Below are positions 8,328-16,974 of a DNA stretch of 64,000 nt, one piece after another. The stretch covers positions 207,656 through 271,655 of the forward strand of contig JACRFK010000003.1 in NCBI GenBank assembly GCA_016217925.1. Direction: 5' to 3'. The first letter of the stretch is position 1. Each line of letters starts with the position of its first letter. A model generated the notes under the pieces. That model saw nothing but the letters and a program-made list of their open reading frames with translations, was not told the origin of the DNA and searched no databases. The DNA is from Candidatus Kaiserbacteria bacterium. GTDB taxonomy: Bacteria > Patescibacteriota > Minisyncoccia > Phycocordibacterales > UBA2100. The position numbers were made by a program, and so were the translations under genes.

Positions 8328-10504
8328 TGAAATTAGTTATCGTAGAAAGTCCCGCGAAAGCGAAGACCATCGAAAAATATCTCGGTGCGGGTTTTACCGT
8401 GCGCGCATCGGTCGGCCACATCCGCGACCTTCCCAAGAGCAACAAAGACGCCGTCGACGTCGAAGCGGGATTCGTGCCGCGCTATATCGTTGTGAAGGAG
8501 AAGCAGAAGGTTATCGACGAGCTCCACAAAGAGGCGGAACGGGCCGATGAAGTAATCCTCGCGACCGACCCCGACCGAGAGGGCGAGGCCATCGCCTGGC
8601 ATTTGGCCGAGACCATAGGTCTCAAAAAGCCCAAGCGCATCGTGTTCCACGAAATCACCGAAAAGGCAGTCAATGAGGCGCTTGCCAATCCTCGCCTCAT
8701 AGACGACGAGCTCGTGCGTGCCCAGGAGGCGCGCCGCGTCTTGGACAGACTCTTTGGCTACGACCTATCCGGCCTCATTTGGAAGAAAGTGCGCTACGGC
8801 CTCTCCGCCGGCCGAGTCCAATCCCCTGCGCTCCGTATCCTCATGGAACGCGAGCGCGAGATACGCGCATTTATACCCGTGCCCTTCTGGGTCATTAGTG
8901 CCGATGTAAAAACGAAGAAGGATGAACAATTCACCGTCACGTGCGTGGAAGAGCCGAACACCGAAAAAGAGGCCGAGCGTATTCTCGCGGCGGCTAAGAA
9001 CGGAAAGTGGAACGTAATGGGCGTTGAGGAGTCGGAGCAATCAAGAACTCCGCGGGCACCCTTTACTACCTCCACGCTCCAGCAGGCGGCATCCACGCGC
9101 CTGGGTCTTTCGCCGTCGCGTACAATGGGCATTGCGCAAAAGTTGTACGAGTCTGGATTCATCACGTACATGCGTACCGACTCGACCAACCTCGCGAAAG
9201 AGGCGCAGGATAATCTCCTCGCCGCGGCGCGCAGCGAATTCGGCGACAAGTACGTCGAAGCGCGCGTGTATAAGACCAAAAGCAAAAGCGCCCAAGAGGC
9301 GCACGAAGCGGTGCGCCCGACCGACCCGAGCAAGCGCAGCCTCGGCCACAACGAGGAGCAGAAGAAGTTGTACGCGCTCATACGGGCCCGTGCGCTCGCC
9401 TCGCAGATGGCTGACGCGAAAATAATGCGCACGAAGATACGAGCGAACATTCGATCGTCTCCGGAATCCGAAGAGATTCCGGATTTTGCGGCTAATGGTT
9501 CGCGCGTAATGTTCGACGGCTGGCTCGCGGCAGACCCCGATGCGCGCGGAGAAGATGTGGAGCTGCCGAAGGCCGCCGAGGGTGATCCGCTTACACTCGT
9601 CGAGGCGCGTTCAGAAGGCAAGGAGACGCAGCCGCCGGGCAGGTATTCGGAGGCGGGCCTGGTGAAAGAGCTTGAGAAGCGCGGGATTGGCAGGCCATCG
9701 ACCTACGCGAGCATCATCCGCACGCTCGAGACACGCGGCTATGTCGAAAAGCAGGGCCGCACGCTCATTCCGACAGCAACGGGTGACGTCGTCTCCACCT
9801 TTATTGAAGGCAATTTTGCCGAATATATCAGCGATACCTTCACGGCAGAAATGGAGAACGAGCTCGATGAGATAGCGGAGGGCAAGCGCAAATACGAAAA
9901 GACGCTGAAGGACTTTTACGGCCCATTCAACAAAGCAGTTAAAAGTAAGAATAAAATAGCAAAAATAACCAATATGGGCGATGCACCGAAAGAATTCCCC
10001 TGCCCGATCTGCGGCGGCCCCATGGTCTACAAGCTCTCCAAGAACGGCCGCTTTATGAGCTGCGAGAAATTCCCCACCTGCCTCGGTGCGCGCAAGGAAG
10101 ACGGCTCCGAGATCGCGCCGCCCAAAGACATCGGCGAGGCATGTCCCGATTGTAAGAACGGAAAGCTCATGGAGCGCGAGGGTCGTTTCGGTCGATTCAT
10201 TGCATGCTCGAATTTCCCGAAATGCAAATATGTCCGCAAGGACCCGCTTGAAGAAGCGCGCACGAAAACCGGTGTCGCCTGCCCCGTGTGCAAGAAGGGT
10301 GAGATGGTGGAGCGCCGCGGCCGCTTCGGTATATTTTTCTCATGCTCTAACTATCCCGAATGCAAAAACGCCATCAAGGCCAAACCGACCGGCCGCATGT
10401 GCGACATGTGCGGCTCCTTGATGATGCTCGGGACGAAAACGATACCCGAAAGATGCAGCAACAAAACTTGCCCGAATCATAATCCGCACAAACTCAAGAA
10501 GTAG
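8327..10504 (+). CDS. topA: DNA topoisomerase I with C-terminal zinc ribbons
   Basis: LVIVESPAKAKTI, ATDPDREGEAIAWH, SAGRVQS, ITYMRTDS, GIGRPSTY, C4 zinc fingers. Confidence 0.98.
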   Translation: MKLVIVESPAKAKTIEKYLGAGFTVRASVGHIRDLPKSNKDAVDVEAGFVPRYIVVKEKQKVIDELHKEAERADEVILATDPDREGEAIAWHLAETIGLKKPKRIVFHEITEKAVNEALANPRLIDDELVRAQEARRVLDRLFGYDLSGLIWKKVRYGLSAGRVQSPALRILMEREREIRAFIPVPFWVISADVKTKKDEQFTVTCVEEPNTEKEAERILAAAKNGKWNVMGVEESEQSRTPRAPFTTSTLQQAASTRLGLSPSRTMGIAQKLYESGFITYMRTDSTNLAKEAQDNLLAAARSEFGDKYVEARVYKTKSKSAQEAHEAVRPTDPSKRSLGHNEEQKKLYALIRARALASQMADAKIMRTKIRANIRSSPESEEIPDFAANGSRVMFDGWLAADPDARGEDVELPKAAEGDPLTLVEARSEGKETQPPGRYSEAGLVKELEKRGIGRPSTYASIIRTLETRGYVEKQGRTLIPTATGDVVSTFIEGNFAEYISDTFTAEMENELDEIAEGKRKYEKTLKDFYGPFNKAVKSKNKIAKITNMGDAPKEFPCPICGGPMVYKLSKNGRFMSCEKFPTCLGARKEDGSEIAPPKDIGEACPDCKNGKLMEREGRFGRFIACSNFPKCKYVRKDPLEEARTKTGVACPVCKKGEMVERRGRFGIFFSCSNYPECKNAIKAKPTGRMCDMCGSLMMLGTKTIPERCSNKTCPNHNPHKLKK

Positions 10505-10635
10505 GTTGGTAGCACGCAACCTACGTTGCGTGCGCAACTAGTTTTCGTCGGGCGGAACGATGCCTCGCGAGCTCGCGAGGCCGTGAGCCGGGGTCGCGAG
10601 CGGAGCCGTTCGACGGAACGGCTCCGACTTGTGAC

Positions 10636-10706
10636 CGAAAACGATACCCGAAAGATGCAGCAACAAAACGTGCCCCATGCACAATCCACACAAGCTGAAG
10701 AAGTAG
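10636..10706 (+). repeat. Displaced, recoded duplicate of the topA 3' end
   Basis: 71-bp copy of 10434-10504; first 34 bp identical, then 8 substitutions (6 synonymous). Confidence 0.9.
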
Positions 10707-10758
10707 TGTATGCCCGGGTACATTTGCGCCGGACTTCGCGCAAGCGTATCATCGGTGT

Positions 10759-12303
10759 ATGGAGAAGCTACGCCCGCTTTCTGAAATACTTGCCGCGATG
10801 TCGAGCCGGAATGATGCCGATACTGCGCTCATCACCAAAGCGTACGAACTTTCGAAAGAAGCTCACAAGGACCAAAAACGCTACTCCGGGGACAGTTATT
10901 TCATCCACCCTGCGGAAGTCGGATTCTTGCTTGCGGAGGCCGGCATGGATAGCCAGGCTATCGCCGCGGGCCTTTTGCATGACACGATCGAGGACGCCGG
11001 GATTAAACCAAAAACGATAGAAGAGCAATTCGGTCCCGAAGTCCTGACGCTTGTCGAGGGCGTGACGAAATTGGGCACCCTGCGCTATCGTGGAATGGAG
11101 AGGCACACCGAATCATTGCGCAAACTTTTTGCCGCGACCGCCAAGGACATCCGCGTACTTATCATCAAGCTGATGGACCGGCTTCACAATGCGCGCACAC
11201 TCGCGCATGTCCCTAAAGTTGAAAAACGTACGCGCATCGCGCTTGAAACGCTCGAGATATACGCTCCTATCGCCGACAGGCTCGGTATGAGCGTCGCGAA
11301 GCAAGAACTCGAAGACGCCGCCTTTCCGCACGCGTATCCGAAGGAGTACGAAAAAACGCGGGCACTCTTGCGCGACCGGAAGAACGAGAACGAGGAGCGG
11401 CTCGAAAAGGTGGAGAAAGACCTCAAGCGTGAATTCGGCGATGCCGGCATCCGTACCTTCCGCACCGAAGCGCGTATCAAGGGTATCTACAGCCTGTTTC
11501 TCAAACTCGGAAGACGGGATTGGGACATCGATAAAATTTACGACATCCTGGCGCTGCGTGTCATTTTCCAAAACGTTGCCGATTGCTACTCGGCTCTCGG
11601 AATCATTCACGCCCACTGGCGCCCCGTGCCCGGCAAAATAAAAGACTACATCGCGTTCCCCAAACCGAACGGCTATCAGAGCATTCACACCACCGTATAC
11701 ACCGGCGACGGAAGCGCGCTCGAGATGCAATTGCGTACCGAGGCGATGCATCGCGAAGCGCTCTACGGTATCGCCTCTCACCTCACGTATAAGGAAGTGC
11801 AAGAAGGCCTCCAGGAAGGCAAGCGCGGAAGCCTCGATTGGATACGGCAATTTTTCCCGCGTCGCAAGAAAACAGGTGCAACAGATACCGCGGACGCAAA
11901 CGGGGCGAAGGACAACGTCCCGGCGTGGCTACAAGAATTGGCGCATGCTCATCAGACGGACCAAGAATCATCCGAGTACTTGGATACGCTCAAGACGGAT
12001 TTTTTCAGCCATCGCGTTTTCGTCTTTACCCCGCGGGGAGACGTCATTGATCTGCCGATAACAGCAACCCCGATAGATTTCGCGTACGCGGTCCACTCAG
12101 ACCTTGGCAACAAGATGTCGGGCGCGCGCGTGAACGGCAAAATGGTCTCGCTTGAGACGGCACTCCACAATGGCGACATGGTAGAGATCATCACCAAGCC
12201 TTCCGCGCACCCCTCGCGCAAGTGGCATGACATCGCAAAGACGAACATGGCAAAAAAGCATATCCGCGCGGCTCTCGCGGCTATCGAAGCCAAGAAGAAA
12301 TGA
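10759..12303 (+). CDS. rel: RelA/SpoT family (p)ppGpp hydrolase/synthetase (HD-SYNTH-TGS, no ACT domain)
   Basis: LLHDTIED, DRLHN, KDYIAFPKPNGYQSIHT, EMQLRT, TGS domain VFVFTPRG...DFAYAVH. Confidence 0.95.
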   Translation: MEKLRPLSEILAAMSSRNDADTALITKAYELSKEAHKDQKRYSGDSYFIHPAEVGFLLAEAGMDSQAIAAGLLHDTIEDAGIKPKTIEEQFGPEVLTLVEGVTKLGTLRYRGMERHTESLRKLFAATAKDIRVLIIKLMDRLHNARTLAHVPKVEKRTRIALETLEIYAPIADRLGMSVAKQELEDAAFPHAYPKEYEKTRALLRDRKNENEERLEKVEKDLKREFGDAGIRTFRTEARIKGIYSLFLKLGRRDWDIDKIYDILALRVIFQNVADCYSALGIIHAHWRPVPGKIKDYIAFPKPNGYQSIHTTVYTGDGSALEMQLRTEAMHREALYGIASHLTYKEVQEGLQEGKRGSLDWIRQFFPRRKKTGATDTADANGAKDNVPAWLQELAHAHQTDQESSEYLDTLKTDFFSHRVFVFTPRGDVIDLPITATPIDFAYAVHSDLGNKMSGARVNGKMVSLETALHNGDMVEIITKPSAHPSRKWHDIAKTNMAKKHIRAALAAIEAKKK

Positions 12304-12319
12304 GCCCTGAGGGAAACCT

Positions 12320-12443
12320 GGGGCAGGTTTTAAAATACCAGATACGAGGCGCGGGGAAAGCGGCGATGGAGACGTACTGAAAGGTACGGCGACGGCGACG
12401 CTGGGGCCCCGCAACAAAGTAGATGGGGTTTTAAAGCCCGCCC
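12320..12443. mobile_element. MITE-like structured element between convergent rel and parB
   Basis: Imperfect terminal IRs GGGCAGGTTTTAAAATACC / GGGGTTTTAAAGCCCGCCC with a central CGTAC..GTACG hairpin. Confidence 0.55.
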
Positions 12444-12446
12444 GGA

Positions 12447-13406
12447 TTAAAGGCTGAAGTTGTTGATGGAGTAGAGATCCTCCTCCTGTTTTTCTTGCGT
12501 ACTCGCCGGTTTCGGGTCCGAAGCTACTGCGACGTCCGCAACATCTTTGGTAATCGGAGTTTGCTCATCCGTCTTCGCGGCGCGTTCTCTGGAGAGCATC
12601 GCACGGATGTGCGCGAGATCTTCTACCGAGAAGAAATCGATAAGCACCTTCCCTCCCTGGTCTTTCTTCTCAATACGTACGCGCGTGCCGAGCTGCTCGG
12701 TGAGTTCACGCTCGAGAAGCAGAAGCTCTGGCGTGAGGTCCGTCTTCCGCACGCGCTCGATTGCGACGCGGCGGGCCAACTGTTCCGAATCCCGCACCGT
12801 GAGGCGCTTGGCCAGTATCTCTTTGAAAAGCACTTTCTGCTCTTCGGTGCGGTCTATAAGCATGAGGAGAGGGCGAGTGTGACCTTCGCTGATCTCGCCC
12901 GCCGCGAGCGCGTCGCGCATTTCCTGCGGTAGCAGCAGAATGCGAAGCGTATTGGATACGTATTCGCGGCTTTTGCCGACGCGTTTGCCAATTTCTATGT
13001 GTTTCAAGCCGAATTCTTTGGCGAGCCTATCGAAGGCAACCGCCCTGTCTATGACGTTGAGGTCCTCGCGCTGCAGATTTTCGATGATCGCGAGCTCAAG
13101 CTTCATGCGGTCGGAGTCCTCGCCCGTGCGAATGACAGCCGGCACCTGGAGGAGGCCCGCGAGCTTCGCGGCGCGCAATCGCCGCTCACCGGCGATGAGC
13201 TCATATTCGACATAGATCCCCTCTTCCGGCCGCTCTATCTCCTTGCGTGTGACCGTAAGCGGCTGCAGCACGCCGTACTGCCGTATTGATTCCGAGAGTG
13301 ATAGAAGCGCCGCCTCGTCGAACGTCTTGCGCGGCTGAAACGGGTTCGGTTTTATCCGGTCGACTTCTACCCAAAAAATAGAGTCGCCTTGGTACTGGCT
13401 TTGCAT
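12447..13406 (-). CDS. parB: ParB/Spo0J chromosome partitioning protein
   Basis: PNPFQPRK, GVLQP, YELIAGERRLRA, IENLQREDL, HTH. Confidence 0.96.
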   Translation of the reverse strand: MQSQYQGDSIFWVEVDRIKPNPFQPRKTFDEAALLSLSESIRQYGVLQPLTVTRKEIERPEEGIYVEYELIAGERRLRAAKLAGLLQVPAVIRTGEDSDRMKLELAIIENLQREDLNVIDRAVAFDRLAKEFGLKHIEIGKRVGKSREYVSNTLRILLLPQEMRDALAAGEISEGHTRPLLMLIDRTEEQKVLFKEILAKRLTVRDSEQLARRVAIERVRKTDLTPELLLLERELTEQLGTRVRIEKKDQGGKVLIDFFSVEDLAHIRAMLSRERAAKTDEQTPITKDVADVAVASDPKPASTQEKQEEDLYSINNFSL

Positions 13407-13418
13407 GGCGAAATTATA

Positions 13419-14501
13419 TCATGGCTTCTTTTTACCAAGCCGCATTAACTCAAACAGGTTGGAAGGATAATCTTTGACGCCGTTCGGAGCGATGTTTATT
13501 CTGCCCGGCACGTCGAATAGTTCCGCTAAGCCGTTGATGGTCCGTACATAATTCAGGACATTGCGAAGGTCTGCGCGCTCCTCCGGTGTCAGTGATTCTT
13601 TTCGGCCTATTTTTTGTATCACATCTTTTGTCTCTGTTGCCAGAGTCCCACCGGAATTAAAAGCGTCCAGAAGTTGATAACTCCATTGGTTTCCGTTCCG
13701 GTAAAAAACGACGTTATCTGGACCCGCAAGGTCTAATATCTCCCCCTTCTCCGTATAGAGAATCGTCTGGTGTACAAACTCTTTCAAAGAATCTCGCAAA
13801 CCCTCATCGAGCGCAGCCTGCTCGACTAAATCGCTAAGGAATTTGCTCCATTGCATTTGAAGGAACTCGTTTTTGCCGGTCTTTTTTTCAGGATTCTCTC
13901 CAAAGACCAAATGTTTTGTGACGGTGTTATATACTTTCAAATCAATTGGCTTAGCCTCGGAATATCCTGATACCAGTGCTAAATGCTTACCTTCTTGCAC
14001 CGCAACGGATTTTCTTTGGACTGTAACAATTCCCCACGCTTCGTTCGTTTCTACAGGAGGTTTTCCTTTGTATATTTGCATTAATATCTCCGCGGTTACG
14101 GGCAACTTCACGAGAAACTGCTTTTGGTTTAGGACGTGCTGATCACCGTAATGATCCCTCATCTTCTGAAAGCGCTCCGCGTCTTCACTCAGATACTCGT
14201 GGATGATTTTATCTAAATCTTCCGACAGTGAGTCCGGGCTTTTTCCGTGCTGTATATTCCAGTCAATTGTATGTCGAATCGAACGCGATACGGCTTTTAC
14301 CACGATGCCGGGATGTTCGGGAATCTCATAGACAACATGCTCGCCACCGCCCATTGCAAGAAGCTGCGGTTTATAGTGACGTATGAAATCGTGCTTGATA
14401 GCGTCGACATTGAATGCCGACATCCGGGAAGCCGAAAGACCGGCCGGTTTTGGTTTCAGGAATCCGCCTTCAAGTGATGGGGATTTGTTTTCGGCGTTCA
14501 T
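13419..14501 (-). CDS. Orphan protein, possible atypical protein-kinase-like fold
   Basis: 360 aa, visibly lower GC; GGGEHVVY...VVK, ILDLAGPDNVVF, LLD motifs. Confidence 0.6.
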   Translation of the reverse strand: MNAENKSPSLEGGFLKPKPAGLSASRMSAFNVDAIKHDFIRHYKPQLLAMGGGEHVVYEIPEHPGIVVKAVSRSIRHTIDWNIQHGKSPDSLSEDLDKIIHEYLSEDAERFQKMRDHYGDQHVLNQKQFLVKLPVTAEILMQIYKGKPPVETNEAWGIVTVQRKSVAVQEGKHLALVSGYSEAKPIDLKVYNTVTKHLVFGENPEKKTGKNEFLQMQWSKFLSDLVEQAALDEGLRDSLKEFVHQTILYTEKGEILDLAGPDNVVFYRNGNQWSYQLLDAFNSGGTLATETKDVIQKIGRKESLTPEERADLRNVLNYVRTINGLAELFDVPGRINIAPNGVKDYPSNLFELMRLGKKKP

Positions 14502-14615
14502 AGGTGTGCCGGGAGAGGGGCTTGAAGCTTACAGCGTCAGTATACCTCATGAGAATACGCGTGCGAATTGGATACGTGTGGAGGTTCAGAGCGGGATGCG
14601 GTATCATTCGGCATC

Positions 14616-15929
14616 ATGCAAGTGAAAACGCTTGTGCGCAGTGCGGTGCCCGAAGGACTGCTCTCCGCGTACCACTATATTCTCGCTATTGCTGCGGCGG
14701 CGAGATACGGCTTCCCTTCACGGCGTATCGTAGTCATCGGAGTAACGGGAACAAAAGGCAAAACCTCTACCGCCAATTTTATATGGTCCTGTCTATCCGC
14801 GGGCGGCATAAAAACCGGCATCATCACGACGGCGAATATCCGCATCGGTGAGCGTGAAGTCTTGAATGCGTACCACATGACGATGCCCGGGCCTTTCACC
14901 ATACAGCGCCTGCTGCGCGAGATGGTCCGCGCCGGGTGCACTCACTGCGTCATTGAGACAACTTCCGAGGGGCTCAAGCAACACCGGAATGTGGGTATCC
15001 GGTATGATATCGGCGTCTTTACGAATCTGTTCCCCGAACACCTGCCGTCACATGGCGGGAGCTTCGATACGTACAAAAAAGTAAAGGGTGAAATGTTTGC
15101 AGTCCTCAGGGCGCATGCGCGCAAGACAATTGACCGCAGACAGGTGGAGAAAATCATCATCGCAAATGTTGAGAGCGAGCACGCACCATACTTTCTCGCC
15201 TTCCCCGCCGACCACAAAGTGACCTTTGCGGTCGGAAAGAAAGCGGATTATACGGCAGAGGAAGTGCGCTCAGATAACTCCGGCGTCGCATTCAAAGTAG
15301 GGGGTGCGGAGTTCCGGCTCAGTATACCGGGGACATTCAACGTATCGAATGCTCTCCCCGCCGTCGTCATTTCCAAACTTGCGCACATTGACAACGCGGT
15401 AATAGCGCGCGGGCTGTCTTCGCTCTCGGTCATCCCGGGAAGAATGGAGCGAATAGATGAGGGCCAGGATTTTACGGTATTCGTCGATTATGCGCACGAG
15501 GGCGAGAGCATGCACAACGTCCTCGAAACCGCCACTTCAATGCGCGCGCAGGGCGGCAAAATCATCGTCCTGCTCGGCGCAGAGGGAGGCGGAAGAGATA
15601 AAGCAAAACGCCCCGTTATGGGCAAGCTCACGGGTGCTATGGCGGATTATGTCGTCGTTTCAAATGTGGACCCGTACGAAGACGACCCGCGTGAGATAGT
15701 CGAAGACATCGCCCAGGCGGCAGAGAATGCCGGAAAAACGCGCGATAAAAATCTATTCGTTATCGAGGATAGACGGGCGGGCATCCAAAAAGCGCTTTCG
15801 CTCGCGAGCGCGGGAGATATTGTTTTGATAACCGGCAAGGGCGCCGAACAATCAATGGTGCTAGGCGGCAAAAGCATCCCGTGGGACGACCGAGTCGTCG
15901 TACGGGAGGGGTTGAAGAAATTACTCTAA
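14616..15929 (+). CDS. murE: UDP-N-acetylmuramyl-tripeptide synthetase (MurE-like)
   Basis: GVTGTKGKTST, FTNL, GRMERI, VFVDYAH, VLITGKG. Confidence 0.9.
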   Translation: MQVKTLVRSAVPEGLLSAYHYILAIAAAARYGFPSRRIVVIGVTGTKGKTSTANFIWSCLSAGGIKTGIITTANIRIGEREVLNAYHMTMPGPFTIQRLLREMVRAGCTHCVIETTSEGLKQHRNVGIRYDIGVFTNLFPEHLPSHGGSFDTYKKVKGEMFAVLRAHARKTIDRRQVEKIIIANVESEHAPYFLAFPADHKVTFAVGKKADYTAEEVRSDNSGVAFKVGGAEFRLSIPGTFNVSNALPAVVISKLAHIDNAVIARGLSSLSVIPGRMERIDEGQDFTVFVDYAHEGESMHNVLETATSMRAQGGKIIVLLGAEGGGRDKAKRPVMGKLTGAMADYVVVSNVDPYEDDPREIVEDIAQAAENAGKTRDKNLFVIEDRRAGIQKALSLASAGDIVLITGKGAEQSMVLGGKSIPWDDRVVVREGLKKLL

Positions 15930-15938
15930 TTGATTTTG

Positions 15939-16019
15939 TGCCGGAGAAGAGACTCGAACTCTTATGGGTTGCCCCGCACGATTTTGAGTCGTGTGCGTAT
16001 ACCATTCCGCCACTCCGGC
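15939..16019 (-). tRNA. tRNA-Leu(CAA)
   Basis: Cloverleaf GCCGGAG...CTCAAAA loop...GTTCGAG, long variable arm. Confidence 0.95.
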
Positions 16020-16022
16020 TTC

Positions 16023-16050
16023 GCCCTCCGTAGCTTTAGCGAAGGATGGG
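16023..16050. repeat. Palindromic repeat (GCTAAAGC family)
   Basis: Reverse complement CCCATCCTTCGCTAAAGCTACGGAGGGC matches 24536-24562. Confidence 0.65.
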
Positions 16051-16074
16051 CTTAATGGCTATAATACGCCAGCA

Positions 16075-16974
16075 ATGGCTAAGAAACAAAAGGTGCTGGT
16101 TATCGTCGGTCCGACATCCTCCGGCAAAAGCGCCCTTGCCGTTGCGCTCGCGAGGCGGCTCGACGGTGAGGTGATTTCCGCAGACTCGCGGCAAGTGTAT
16201 CGCGGACTTGATATCGGCACGGGCAAGATTACGAAGCGCGAAAAGCGGGGTATCCCGCACTATCTGCTCGATGAGGTGTCGCCTCGTCGGATTTTCACTG
16301 CTGACGATTTCGTGAGACGCGGGTGCGTTGCAATTGCTGACATCTCATCGCGCGGCAAGTTGCCGATAGTCGCCGGCGGCACAGGATTTTATATAGACGC
16401 GCTCGTCGGCCGTATTCTGCTCCCCAACGTCCCGCCGAACAAGAAACTTCGCGCGCAGCTTGAGGAAAAGCCCGCATCGCAGCTGTTTACGCTGCTCAAA
16501 AAGAAAGACCCCCGTCGCGCGAAAACTATTGAACCGCAACACAAGCGCCGCCTCATCCGCGCGCTCGAAGTTGTCTCCGCGCTCGGAAAAGTCCCTATGA
16601 TTGATTTACAAAATCAATCGTCCTTCGATCCGCTCTGGCTCGGAATCACTTTACAAAGTAAAGTGTTGGAGAGGAAGATACGCATGCGCCTCCGTGAGCG
16701 AATGAGGCAAGGAATGGTGGCGGAGGCAAGGCGATTGCACGCTGGCGGACTATCATACAAGCGTATGGAGGAGCTGGGTCTCGAATACCGCTCCCTCGCT
16801 CGCCTGCTGCAAGGTACCATCACCCGCGGACAAATGATTGACGAACTTAATCGCGCTATCAGTAAATATGCGATACGACAGTTACGCTACTGGAAACGCA
16901 ACAAAGACATCCGGTGGTTTATGCCGTCGAAAACGGCGACCATTGAGAAAGCCGTCCGAGTCTGGCTGAAGTAA
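16075..16974 (+). CDS. miaA: tRNA dimethylallyltransferase
   Basis: GPTSSGKS, ISADSRQVYRGLDIGTGK, GGTGFY, YAIRQ. Confidence 0.97.
   Translation: MAKKQKVLVIVGPTSSGKSALAVALARRLDGEVISADSRQVYRGLDIGTGKITKREKRGIPHYLLDEVSPRRIFTADDFVRRGCVAIADISSRGKLPIVAGGTGFYIDALVGRILLPNVPPNKKLRAQLEEKPASQLFTLLKKKDPRRAKTIEPQHKRRLIRALEVVSALGKVPMIDLQNQSSFDPLWLGITLQSKVLERKIRMRLRERMRQGMVAEARRLHAGGLSYKRMEELGLEYRSLARLLQGTITRGQMIDELNRAISKYAIRQLRYWKRNKDIRWFMPSKTATIEKAVRVWLK

Noticed and set aside
9460-9483. Hairpin TCCGGAATC/GATTCCGGA in topA as a palindromic insertion
   Set aside because: Single copy with a short stem, and one arm encodes ordinary-looking IPD residues; could be chance.
10434-10706. Diversity-generating retroelement TR/VR pair (also considered for rpmG and alkA)
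   Set aside because: Differences are not adenine-specific, are mostly synonymous, and no reverse transcriptase is present.
10526-11020. 164-aa ORF between topA and rel
   Set aside because: It reads through the structured spacer and overlaps rel out of frame.
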